Source: Chromera velia (lineage: Eukaryota). From it: 64,000 nucleotides of DNA. Under the pieces are notes generated by a model. The model saw nothing but the letters and a program-made list of their open reading frames with translations. It did no database searches and was not told the origin of the DNA. Position 1 is the stretch's first letter, and each line of letters starts with the position of its first letter. This document shows positions 36,101-48,622 of the stretch, one piece after another. Made by a program: the position numbers and the translations under genes. The stretch spans positions 62,001 to 126,000 of the forward strand of contig JAHBMJ010000157.1 of NCBI GenBank assembly GCA_018398765.1, read 5' to 3'.

Positions 36101-39100
36101 ACGTTGACTCGTCTGTGTGCGGACGATTTGGCATTCGTCCTTCCTCAGCAGAGCGAATTGTTGAGGGCCCGCGTGGCAGTCATATGCGATGAGGTCAGTC
36201 AGGGAAGTTAAGCGTCTCTATGTTAAATTTCACTTCCTTCCATCAGCCGTTGCCCAGGCAGGCGTCGAAGTCCACATTGTGTTTTTCTTTCCAGGAAGGA
36301 AGTCTGGTGCCAGACAGCAGAGATACGAACATGGTTGAAACCTGCTTCACTGTGTCGACTGGATCAGGTGGCAAGAGAACGAGCGAGCGGGATCGAGGCC
36401 GAGAACGGCAACGGACCCTTTTTGGAAGAGGAGGTGAAGGCTCTGGAAACTCAGGCGGCAGGACTCGAGAAAGCTCTGGTGGACATGAGGAAGGAGAGGG
36501 CAGAGAGGGCGAGGCAACTTGCGGTCAGTCAGTCTTTCCGATGAGTTAATTTCTGTTGAAGCAAAGTGAAGACATGCAAGAAGAAATGACAAGTGAAAGG
36601 ACAGGAAGTATAGAAAAGCATGAAAGAAGAACCCTGTCGAGCTTTCGTCTCTTCTCGAACATCTGGGAAGATGGGGAGAAATTGCCTTGGAGCGTTAGTT
36701 CCCTTCTCTGAGCGCTGAATGGAATTAAATCAAGTCGAAGAAGCAAAGAACAGCTGAGCTCTCTCTACCCGACAGACAACGTTCTGCCTTCCTCTCTATC
36801 CCTTCAGGTCCGGAAAGGAGATGCTGCAGCGGAGGTGGCGGCCCTGGAGGCTGCGTTGATTCTGGAGGCGCAGCAGGCAAAGGAGGCGGGGGAGATGGAA
36901 GGTCCAGGGGTCAGTCAGGCGAGAGGTGTGGGGTGAAGGGAAAAGAGAGAGAGAGAGAGAGAGAGATGTTTTTTAAAAGCAGCTCTCCTTTGTTCATGAA
37001 GCTCGTTTGGTTAAGGCTGAAAGGACGGCCTATTTGGTGTCTCTACCACTGAGTGTTTTGCCCTCTTCAGAGGTGGTTGTTTCTCTTTTACACTAGCCTG
37101 GTAGAGAGGAGTGGAAGTGGAGTTTAATTATTGTAGTTGCGGAGGTCCTGCCTTCCTCTGAGGCGCTTCTGGGGGTCATGATTTCTGCTAAGCCTAGCAT
37201 TTGCACAGGTTTTCTGTCCTCAACCCTTCCCTTTTTTTCTGCTTTCTTTATTTGCTGCCTCCTTTTTTCTCTTTGACTGCAGTTGCTAGCGGTTCCAGGA
37301 GCAGGCGAGTACCCTCCAGAGTTTGTCAGCGAGAGCCATGAGGAGGGGCAAGCAGGAGACATGATTCTCTCCTTTCGGTCAGCTGGGAAGGGGAGGGGAG
37401 GAGAGATAGGTTCGATTGGATTCGTTGGGCGCTGTTTTCAATGGCTCGCTCTTGCCTTCTCATCGCGTTTGCCGTTTTTTCTCTTTCGTGCATGGAGCAA
37501 AGAAGGGCGTCTCGCTGACCTTTTCTGGCAGCTCTTCGTAATGTGTGTGTACGCACACGTGTGTGTGGGTGCGTGTCTGTGTGTATGTGTATGTCTGTAT
37601 TTCGCTCTCCCTCTCTCCCTCTCTCTCTATCCATGTGTCTATACATGTGTATGTATGCATGTGTGTTGCTTCCATGCAGAGAAGAGGACCGGAGAGTTGT
37701 TGTACCGGGGCGTCGCAGCGACGGGATGGGGGAGGTCCTCTCGAAGGCCGCCGTTGCCGCAGAGGCCCTGTCCTGGCGGGAGGGGCAGGGGGGGGACCAG
37801 CGGTCGGAAAACTCCGTGAATACTTCGCAGACCAACAGCGAGAATGCAGAAGATGAGGGGAGGCTCTCTCACTTCAGGTCAGAAAAACTCGGAAATGGGA
37901 AAAGAGTGCGCAGGCGAGGAGCTGCTCTCTCGCGACTTTGCTTGGCGGTGATTTATGAATTGCTATACGACGGATCTTTTTTCTTTGCAGCGTCTCTCGG
38001 TACTACATCGGTTCTGTTATCTTTGCGTCCTTCGATGGTTTCGGTACGGTCTGTTTGCGGGTGGAGAGTCAAGTCGCGGGAGTGTGTTCGGATCGTGCCG
38101 AGAGGAATGGAAGACCGTTCTTTCTTGCATCAACAGAAGAGAGAAAAAAGTGTTGAGGAAGAAAAGGAAGAAGAAGTCGATATCTTGAAATGGAAGTGTG
38201 CAGAAGGGTTGCTCTAACTTGGATAGAGAGCGCTGCTTGAAAGGAACCCACAATCCCTGTTTGTTGCTTTTTTGTTTCTTTGTGGCTCTTCTCTCTCCGC
38301 ATGCAGGGCTGAGAAGGCTCTACAGCTGTCAAGCGGCACCACCGCAAAGAAAGATCGGGACAGTTCAAACGTCCTTTTGAACTTCCAGGTCCCCCCTGAG
38401 GTTCTCGACTCCGCCCCTCCCGCCTTCTCCTCAAACCCCCTCAGACGCAGGAACGCCGTATGTGCAGAGTCAGTGTTACAGCTGCATGGGGTTGATGAGA
38501 GGGGAAGATTACCGCAGAGTGCGAGGCCGAAAGACAGAGAAGAAGCTCTGTTTGGATCTGCCATCTCTCGTGCTTCTATGCCGAGGGAGTTAGGTCCGGG
38601 TGCATCGGCTCCGATGGAGACACTTTTGAGGTCTCTTGAGAGAGACCCGTTAATGGCGAAATTGGACCCGGCCACGCGTCGGGCTATTGCAGAGGCAATG
38701 CAGTTGGTGCGTGTGCCTGCGGGGCAGCAACTCCTTGCAGAGACTGATGCAGTTGATTCTTTGTTGGTTGTACAGTCAGGTACTTTGGTTGTCCGCAAGC
38801 GAATGCCTGAGCCTGGGGGGGGTTCGGCGCTGCTCCCTGTGCGCAGCCTAGGTTCGAGTGATTGTTTTGGGACTTTAGGGTTGCTGCAGGCAGGGGAGGG
38901 AAGGGAGGTTTTGCTTGGAGATGAAGGGCCGGTGGAGGGGGGGGAGACGGTCGAAACAGAGACAGAGAGCTCTGTGTGGGTAGTTGACCGACCTGCGTTC
39001 CTAGACGCAGCTCGGGGGGTGTCTGCCCGTCTCCAGTCTCTTTGTTTTGCCGCCGTTTCCCGTGTGAGCCTCCTGGATGTACTCACAGAAGGTGAGCGAC

Positions 39101-40272
39101 TGAAAATTTGCGGGGCCATGCGCCCGAAGGTTTTCATGGACGGTGAGACAGTTCTGCGTCTCGGGATGCCTTGTGACTTGCTCATGGTGGTTGTACATGG
39201 GATTGCCATGGGGGCAGGGGCAATGACGGGTGGGGGTCGTATTTATGTTGAGGGTCAGGTTATTAATGAGGAGGCAATTTTGGCAGCCACAGGGGGGAAG
39301 GGGGCTCTGTCCGATGGTGAGGCGGCATTGAGGGAAGGGGACGTGTTTGATGTTTTTGCAGAAGGGACGGAGGGAAGGGGAGGGGGGGGTCTACCGGCAT
39401 CAGAGACCGTCACTGCCGGAGACGGCAGTGGATTGTCAGGAAAGACCACGCCGGCATTGATGGTAATGTATATCAGTGCAGTGGCTCTGACACGTCTCGT
39501 AGGAGACCTGGAGATTCTCATGGAAGAAAGAGGAGGGGGGGGGTTTGCAGCCGTCGGGGGAGAAGGCAGGCCCCCTGCCTCGTCTTCCGATGGAGCCTCG
39601 GGAGAATATGGAGAGAAACGGAGGCATCCCGCTGTCCCCCCCCTTCCCCTTGCCTCCATATCACAACGCAATTCTGCCTCTCAACGTTCCGGCCCAACCG
39701 GATCCCATGCGGGCACAGGGGTCGAGGCAGGAGGAGGCCGAAAGGGGTCCACTGCTTCGGCCTCTGCCGCCGCCGGGGGGCCGAAACCCCCGGTCCCTGT
39801 GTCGGTACATGCCGAGCCCCCCCGTCAGGCTCCCCCCCAGTCGTCTTCAGATCCCACGATGGCAGCAGGCAACCCACAGAGCCTCCCGCCCCGAGGCAGT
39901 CTGACTCAGGAGAAGATCACACCTGCAGGCGCAACCCCCCCTGCACGGTTAGAGCTGCCTGGTGGACCGTCCGGGGTCACCCCGGCCAGCGCCCCTTCCA
40001 GTGACGTTTCGTCTCCTCCCAGTGCGTCCTCCCGATCTGGTCGTGAGTCGGATGCAGACGATGATGAGGTGGAGGGGGGGGATGGGAAGGACAAGAAGAA
40101 GAAGAAAAAGAAGAAAAGAGGATGGTTTGGTCTTGGGTGGGGAGGGAAAAAGAAGGACAAAGGGAGTGGAGATGAGGCGGACGAGAAAGAGAAGAAAGGC
40201 AGCATAAGCAAGGCAAAAGATTCAGAGACAGAAAACACGGAACGCAACACATCTAAATCAGGCAAAAAATGA
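33140..40272 (+). CDS. Multi-exon coiled-coil protein with a C-terminal PKA-regulatory-subunit-like module (two degenerate cNMP-binding domains)
   Basis: Exon-like blocks begin at ~33140, 34213, 34378, 35067, 35532, 36098, 36368, 36808, 37283, 37680 and 38307 (last exon to 40272). The last exon has RRRNAVCAES then two CNB-like folds (LLVVQSGTLVV...DCFGTLGLL...VWVVDRPAF; LMVVVHG...INEEAIL...SETVTA). Some internal splice phases are unresolved. Confidence 0.7.
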
Positions 40273-41155
40273 ATGGTACCTTCTTGAACAAACAATGCTT
40301 CTAGAATTATGGGATTAAAAACTAATTAAAGATTGAATTCGTACAATATACAACAGTAACAGTATTCCAGATTTTGAAAAAAATTAAAAAAAATATACAA
40401 AAGTGTTAAAAATTATTGAAACTAGAGTTAAAAATTACAAACAATAACTTCTGTATAGTTTTAACTGACTAATTTGAAGTTAAGTAGTCTAGGCGTCGGA
40501 CTAGTGATTAGTGTGATTCGTGATTAGTGGTGCCTTAGAGCACTGTCGCCGTTTTGTCTTATAAGAAAAGAAAAACCTAGGCTAGATACGCGCTCTAGCC
40601 CTCGCTACTACTCGCTACCGTTCCGCGGTCCCGGAATAACTGCATGCATATGCTTGAGAGGCACGATTTCCTCTCTTTGTTCTGAGGATTCCCTTTTGGA
40701 TCCTTTTCGGAAGGTCATACTCAGTGAGCACTGAGCAATCTCGCGGCGCGACGCGCGCGCACGTACGATGGGGACCATGATGGGGTGCATGGCCGCCGCC
40801 GCGCGGCCGGATCCGCGCAGCCGGATAAATCCCCCCCCAGCCCCTGGACTCATAGCAGTAAAAGCAGGGATGCTTAAAAATTACTCGTAGTCTGATTCGT
40901 AGACGGCTCAAAACCCGTACGTATACGTTGCATCATGTTGCAGCTTAAACTCTCAAGAGTTTAGACGAAGTGCAACTGAATGAGCAGGCTTTGGGGTTTC
41001 CTGCTACTTGCGCTTGCCATTTTTACGGAGTGGGTGACTGTCTGTTGCTTACACAGGCGAGACGGTATGCAGAGACGTATAGAACAAGGAGGACGAGAAG
41101 TTTCACCCTTCATTTCAGAATAGCGTGGCGACATTTCTTTCCACTGATAAAGTGA

Positions 41156-44100
41156 ATGTCCATTTGCTTGCTAAGGGGGCTGATTGCGAAACCGCGATCT
41201 GTCTCAGCCCCCCCCGTTGCCCTTCGTCTCTGCTCTGTGAGGCGTCTCCTGTCGTCCTTTCCCGCCAACACTCACGACAGAAAAAGGGAACGTGGCAGGC
41301 ATCCCGACAAAGGGCTGTCACAGGGGTGGGGGGGTCGGGGTGTCCAGGGTTTTCTTGAGAGTGTCGAGGACCTTCCTGATGACTCGGATGACGACGGGGG
41401 AGGAGACGGCAGACATGGAGACGGCTACTCTCCCTCCCCTTCGACCCTTGCAAGGTTGAGAGAGGAGACGGAATTCGTGGGCGACCCCCAGGCATTCCGG
41501 GACACGTGGCACCCTGGTGCAAATTCCGATGTGACGCTGAGTCCTGGTGGAGAGGCTCAGGATGAATTGTGTGGAGCGTTCGATGAAGGCTTCGACATGG
41601 AGAAGTTGGAAGGAGACTTGCCCCGTCTCCCGGCGCTTGGCAACCGGGCAGAGGTATGTGAGGACGCGTATGGGGACCGTGGGGGATGCGGGGCACACTC
41701 GATCTCTGCACCTCTTGTTTTTCAGAGGTGTGCACGCTGCAGGCAGACATGCTTGGGCAAAATGTGTGTGCGACAGAAGTACTTTGCGTGCGTCACGGCG
41801 TTTCCATGCAGCTCGATTTGGCATTTGTGTGTCTTTGTCCCTGTGTCTGACTGTCTTTCTGCCTCTTCCTGACTTGGCGTGAAGCAAAGCTTTGGAATTG
41901 AAAGAAAGCTGCCCGTTCATTTCTGGAACTACTGCGGAAGAGCCTTTGTAATCTTCTCTCCGTACAATTTTTTGCGTTTTCACGTTGCTCTTCGTGCAGA
42001 TTGGAGCGGCTCGCGGACGGCTGCGCAACACCACACTGACGCAGCTTCGCATGGTAGAGGAGAGATTGAAGAGCCAAGCAGAGAAGGAACAGCGAATGTA
42101 CCGAGGAGACGGGGAGAGACACAGGGGGTGGGACGGGGGGTTGAAGAAGATCGCACTGAGGCCCTCGAGAAGTCGAAAGGACAAAAGCCCATTTGTGAAG
42201 ATTCGGGTCCTCGATGTCGACAGACTCCCTCTGGCAGACGTCCACCGACTGTTCATGTTCGCAATGGTCGGGCCGCTGCTTCTCCAGAATATTTCGTGAT
42301 TCAGTGATGCAGGCACACTGATCATGTTCATGAGAGTCGATCATGGATTTGGCTGCTTGTTTTTGATGCCTTCTGTGCCTCTTGCTGGCTTCTCTACCAT
42401 CCTGGTTAAACTGCGCGAAAAACCAAATCTTTCCACATAGGCACAGATAACTTTCGTGTGCACATGTGGTGAATTTTCAGGTCCGGTGTCTGCCTGCGGA
42501 GACCTGCGTGAAGGTGGCGTCCCGGGTGGGACTGTACAGAGACAAGCAGACCCAAACGTCGTACGAGCAGATGCACAGGCACTGCGCTCAGTACTTTGGG
42601 AGGTCAGTGCCCCCCGCCCCCCACACACGCACTGACATACACATAATATATCCATAATTCAGACATGTGTCCACTCACACATATTCCGACACGCGAACAC
42701 ACAAACACAAAGAGATGAATAAAACACGAAAGAAAGAAAGCGATGCACAAGCAGGCCCTCAGAGTTGCAACTTCGTCTTACGCGCGCGGCCTGTCACTTG
42801 ACAGGCTGGCAGTTTGAGAGTGACGGAACGACCAACAGGCAGGCACGCACACAGACTCAGTAGACGGAGAGCCTGTACGACGCAAGGGGGTCAAAAAAAG
42901 AAGCACGCCTGATCGTCTGATTTACCATCAATCCAAAGTGGACGAAGGAAAACAAGTTGTCCCTGAGCGTGCAGACATGGTGCAGAGCTCTCTGCGCTCT
43001 TCTCGCGCTGTTACGCCACAATCTCCGTCACGTTCATGCTCGACTACACGCGTCGCTTCGGGCAATTCTCGAGAGCGTTCATCGCCAAGCAGGTCCAGCG
43101 ATCTATGCGCACTCGACTTTTCGACTTTCTCAGGTTGGTCTGGACTCATTTGCACTCATTGTGAAGGCCTCCTCTCTCAGTCTTTTCTGATGAACAACAT
43201 TTTTTTGTCTCAACTCCTGTTCAAGTATTCGGTCGACAGACTTAGAGATCTATTGCTTTTTTGTGCATCAAAAGCGTAAATAGACCAATTGAGACGCTCC
43301 TCTTTGCGACTTGTCTGTGCATTTGACCTTTACCTCTCGGTTGTTCCCAATGCAACTCAAACAAAACTCTTTTCCCTTTCGATGGGCAGGTTCGCGAGGC
43401 AGGGGGGGGTCCCCACTCTTCCCCTCATCGTTACACGACCATGGGCTCTGTCCTCCTATGTTCGCATGATGAGCAAAAGCTCGGCTAGAAGGTGAGTGAA
43501 AGGGTCTGAATGTGACCTGTCGGAAAACCTCAAATGAATTTGGGGCAGTGCATTTGGAGGTCACAAAAGGTCAAAGGAATTTGGGGCAGCTCAGATAGAA
43601 TACAAATAGAGTACAGACTTGCTTGGCCATCCTCTGCGTGTCTATTGGGACCGACGCATGCCCGTTCCTTTGTTACACACGCCCGACTTCCGTGCTTGGC
43701 CGTCCTCTGCGTGTCCATAGGGACCGATGTATGCCCGTTCCTTTGTTGCACACGCCCGACTTCCGTGCTTGGCCGTCCTCTGCGTGTGCATAGGGACCGA
43801 TGTATGCCCGCTCCTTTGTCACACACGCCCGACTTCCGTGCTTGGCCGTCCTCTGCGTGCCCATAGGGACTGATGTATGCCCGTTCGTTTGTTGTACACG
43901 TCCAACTTCCGTGCTTGGTCGTCCTCTGCTTGTCCATAGGGACCGATGTGTGCCCGTTCCTTTGTTGCACACGCCCGACTTCCGTGCTTTGCCGTCCTCT
44001 GCTTGCCCATATGGACCGATGTATGCCCGTTCGTTTTCTCACACACGCCCGACTTCCGTGCTTGGCCGTCCTCTGCGTGTCCATAGGGACCGATGCATGC

Positions 44101-46356
44101 CCGTTTCTTTGTTGCACCGTCCTCTGCGTGTCCATAGGGACCGACGTGTGCCCGTTCGTTTTCTCACAGACGCCCGACTTCCGTGCTTGGCCGTTCTCTG
44201 CGTGTCCATAGGGACCGATGTGTGCCCGTTCCTTTGTCACACACGCCCGACTTCCGTGCTTGGCCGTCCTCTTCTGCGTGTCCATAGGGACCGATGTATG
44301 CCCGTTCCTTTGTTGCACACGCCCGACTTCCGTGCTTGGCCGTCCTCTGCGTGCCCATGGGGACGGACCGATGTATGCCCGTTCTTTTGTCACACACGCC
44401 CGACTTCCGTGCTTGGCCGTCCTCTGCGTGCCCATAGGGACCGATGTATGCCCGTTCTTTTGTCACACACGCCCGACTTTTGTGCCTGGCCGTCCTCTGC
44501 TTGTCCATAGGGACCGATGTATGCCTGTTCCTTTGTTGTACACGCCCAACTTCTGTGCTTGGCCGTCCTCTGCGTGTCCATAGGGACCGATGTATGCCCG
44601 TTCTTTTGTCACTCACGCCCGACTTCCGTGCTTGGCTGTCCTCTGCGTGTCCATAGGGACCGATGTATGCCCGTTCTTTTGTCACACACGCCCGACTTCC
44701 ACAACTTTGATGCAGTGATCCTCACTGTGGCAGTGATTTTCTATTTTATCCTGGGTCTCTATCTAGATGCTCTGAAAAAGCCTTTGTGTGAGCCCATACT
44801 GGACTTCAACGTGCATTGTTAACGAAAACAATTGTCAGAGACGATATGCGTCTGTCAATTGGGGACTGCATGCGCATGCTGGTTCTGTTTCTGTGTGGTC
44901 GATCGTCCCGAATCTTTCTCTCTCGTGGATTGAAACGAAACGACATGCAGTTGTTTGCATGAGTTGTTTCCCACTTTGAGTTCATTGTTCGTTTGTTCTG
45001 CCGAGTCTCCCTCTTTGCATCGGCCGCATGGATGGTGCAACCCTGTGATCGTGCATGATGCAGGTACATATACCATCAGTTGAAGCGTTACGGTCAGATT
45101 CCAGTCCGGTCAGATGGCCGTTCCTCGGAGAGCAGAGAGATCGACGAGGGCCGACTGATGGAGAGAATGGCAGAGGTGCGGAAGGGAAAGCCGACAATGG
45201 AAGACAGATTGCCCCCTCGCCCGGCCTTGTTGGAAGCCTACCTCGAGGCAGAGCACACGGGGAGAGACATTCAGGAAGTGCTGGAGGCTCAGGCAGTTGC
45301 AGTGAGAGAGCAGGGAGAGATCGAAAGAGAAAGAGAGAAAGAGAAAATGGGGGCCTCGAGAGGACTGTTAAGGGACCCCGATGGCAGAGGGTTGATTGCG
45401 TCATCGTCTCGCACGGGAGCATTGAGCAGAGGGGAGGGGAGTAAAGGAAGGAGATCAAAGGTAAAGAGTAGAGGAATGGAAACTTCACTGCCTGTTGGTA
45501 TTTCCACCGACATGCGTGGAGACGTCCCCACAGGAGTTGAAGATCATGATGAAGAGGAGGAGGACGCGGGGTCTTTTTGGGCAGAGGAGGAAGGAGACGA
45601 AGAGGCACTGGAGAGTGAGAGTGAGATGGAGGAAGATGATGAGGATTTCTCCTCCAGCCGTCCCTCTTCCTTCAGAGGGGGGCAAAGGGCAGAAGAGGGG
45701 GAAGATGAAGAGATGTGGCGGGAAGACGAAGAACAGATATCTCCCTCCAGAGGGCATATACTTTCTTCTTCAAGATGCATGAGTGAGGGGGTGCACCCTT
45801 CTCTGCGTGATACGGCTGCCCAGTTTACCCCTGTTGCTTTGGACTTGCCTGCCTCCTACAGACTGGGCACAGAGGCAGACGGCCAGACTTCCACGGCCCT
45901 TCTGGTGGAGGACGATGACGAACCTGAGGGCTCTGTTCGTTTGGCTGGCTATGGAGAGAGTAGTCGGGCAGTGAGGGGGGAAGTATTGGAGGATGGGGAG
46001 GAACTTCAAGGGGAACAGAAGAGTCTGGGAAGGGGAGGTGATTATGGAGATGGGGTTCGGGGGGGGTCCCTTCCGCTGCTTCAGATGGTGCAAGAGGAGG
46101 CAGGGCCCTCTCCCCGATTTTGGAAGAGGACGTCGAGGTTCTTTTTCAGGTGGGTGGAGAAGAGGGAGAGGAATAGGGAGAGGGACGAAAAAACAAAGTC
46201 TTTGGAAGAGTGTAGTTTTGCTTTGGGCACGCGTGTGCATGCCACTGTAGCGATTCTTCACTGGTTTACACAGGTGTCATGTGAGACGCAAGTTCTCTAC
46301 AGTCAACTTGTCTGAGAAAGATGTTTCCTGGAGAGCGTGTGCGCGCGCACGCGTGC

Positions 46357-46394
<38 letters not shown>

Positions 46395-47011
46395 TGTGTG
46401 TGCGTGTGTGTGTATCTGCCTGTCTCTGTGTGTCAACAGGTTTCACAAGAAAGCGTACAGAATGGTGGAAGGACAGTGGAAGCAAGTGGGAGACCCCAGA
46501 GATCCTCCTCTGACCATCGTCAGTCAGTGCATGAATGGCCTCTTTTGTGTTTTTCTTTTCGTTTAGCACTCTTTGTTTCTTTCCCTCCGTATTGCAGTGT
46601 GCTGTGCCATCTCTCGCTGTCTTTGCGCCTGCGTTGGACCAGGATTTATGGACACTTCGAAAGAAGCAACCAACTTCGACTGACAAGGCAAATCCATCTC
46701 TCTCCATCTGCCTCATCTGGGCTCGCGCAGCTTCTTTTGTAGTGCATTAGTTGGTGCTCATGATGTGTGTTTTGATTTTTTCTTATCTCTTTGTTTGTCT
46801 GATCTGGCAGTTGAGCATCCAAAAACAGCGGGAGAAAAATCGAAAGCGGGAGAGAAGGAGATTTATCCGGAGGGCAAAGGAACGAGCAGTCAGAGCCGCC
46901 GAGGAGGCCGGCATCCTCGACGCATCAGACAGAGATCCCTTCCGTCAGCGCGCAGGCGAACAAAAACTGTGGAGGCGTGCGAAAAGAAAGGGAACAGAGT
47001 TTCCTCCGTAG
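41156..47011 (+). CDS. Hypothetical protein, 8 exons, with a mitochondrial-presequence-like N-terminus
   Basis: Exons 41156-41653, 42000-42266, 42481-42602, 42975-43133, 43390-43491, 45064-46149, 46440-46518 and 46811-47011 join in phase with GT-AG. The N-terminus MSICLLRGLIAKPRSVSAPPVALRLCSVRRLLSS is R/L/S-rich and lacks acidic residues. Confidence 0.75.
43616..44700. repeat. Intronic minisatellite, ~73-bp unit, ~15 copies
   Basis: Head-to-tail unit GCTTGGCCGTCCTCTGCGTGTCCATAGGGACCGATGTATGCCCGTTCCTTTGTTGCACACGCCCGACTTCCGT with point variants and one shortened unit near 44117. Confidence 0.95.
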
Positions 47012-47301
47012 AAATTCAAAGTGCTGGGCGGCATGTCCTATAGGGCACGTCCCGATAGATCTCGATCTAGATCTCGATTCAAGTTCTGTTCAATTTTGTA
47101 TGAGTGAGTATGGTTGACTTAGGGATTAACCTAGGAATTAATCGATTGTTGGAGTGCTGGCGTCAGTACTGAACTTAGTATGAGAATTAATTCATTCAAT
47201 GTTATTGACAGTTAAGAGTATCATTTGTAACACCTTCTTGACTTAGAGTCTAGACGAGGATGAAGTGAAAAATCATTTTTTTTTTTTAATTTGAATACAG
47301 A

Positions 47302-47527
47302 CATCTATGGGTCGGCTTCTCTTAAATGAATCTTTTTTTAGCTGTCAGAATAGTAACTATTCCAGAATAGTAAACTATTCAACACTGTTCTCTCAAAGAT
47401 TCTTCGACGTTTTAAATTCTTTGTACTGTGAATAGTTTACTATTCATGAATAGTGTACTGTTCTAATTCCCTCTCTAGAAATAGTTTGAATAGTGTACTA
47501 TTCACACTGTCAGCCGACCCATAGATG
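47302..47527. mobile_element. MITE (~226 bp) with a 16-bp terminal inverted repeat
   Basis: CATCTATGGGTCGGCT at 47302-47317 and AGCCGACCCATAGATG at 47512-47527. About five internal near-palindromes GAATAGT-N1-2-ACTATTC. Confidence 0.8.
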
Positions 47528-48622
47528 GCATATAAATTAAAATATAGAAATGATATATACTAAAAAAAAAAATCGTTTCTAAATATAAACTGCTAAATAA
47601 ACTGTCTAGGCACGTTAATTATGAAACATTTATGCTGGAATCTAGACTCGAATATAAACTAGAAATTAAGTCTGAAATTAGTGTTAAAATGTATAAATGT
47701 CGTATTAAACGATAAAAAAATATAGGCAAAGCACCGTCATCACTTTCGTTGCTTCCTCTGAGATTTAGCTCGATTTAGCAGAATTGTTTTATGCATAGTC
47801 ACAGACTCTAAATTTAAGTCCGAAAGTTCCAGATCAGAGTTTATCAGAGTTTGATCACAGTCCTGCACAATCCTGCACATGGGCTAATGGCTGGTAAAAA
47901 AAAAAAACAAAAAAAAAACATTTTTAACATCTTTAATTGTAGCTGATCGAAAATTGTATTCAGGTATATTTGGGCCCGTATTATCTGGTTGAATGACGTA
48001 CTCTGACTGTGCGAATAGCCTGGAAAGTGAAATCAATTGTGTAGTATGATGTATAGTACAAGACACTCGAGTTGCATTAACTGCCCTCTCAACGATATTT
48101 CCGGGGCATCAGACTGCGTTAGACTGCGTACGTCACTTTTTCAATTGGAGATTCATGCGTTTCTACCTCAACTCTTTGTAAGTGCCCCATAGCTACACTT
48201 TCCGGGGCGGCGGGCCGGCGGACCGGCGCCGGGATTGGCGGGCCGGCGGGCCATGCATCCGTCTATACCCACTGCGCTGAACATTGCCGAACGATGCTGC
48301 ATGTCAGATCGAACGCGCTCAAGTCTGACAGCCTGAGCTTCGAATGCTCCGACTCATATCATGCAGGGAGATGGACCTCAGTAGGTTGCTCATTTATGAG
48401 TGCCAGAAGAATAAAATGGAACATAGCCATGCAAAGTCACCTTCGCTGAGTACGTTTGCAGGTCTGACAGGTCATCGTCTCGAAGTCTCTGAGTGTCTGC
48501 CTGACAAGAACAGACGCGGATCCAATAGCAGAGACGGAAGCCGTCTCCACCTGTTTCTTCGTTGCTTTGTCTAAGTTTGCCTTGCGTTCCCCGTAGAGAA
48601 GTGACACTCTCGTGGAAGAAAC

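Noticed and set aside
43616..44700. Possible CRISPR array or repeat protein
   Set aside because: Units are contiguous with no unique spacers, no cas genes are present, the context is a eukaryotic intron, and the 73-nt period breaks frame.
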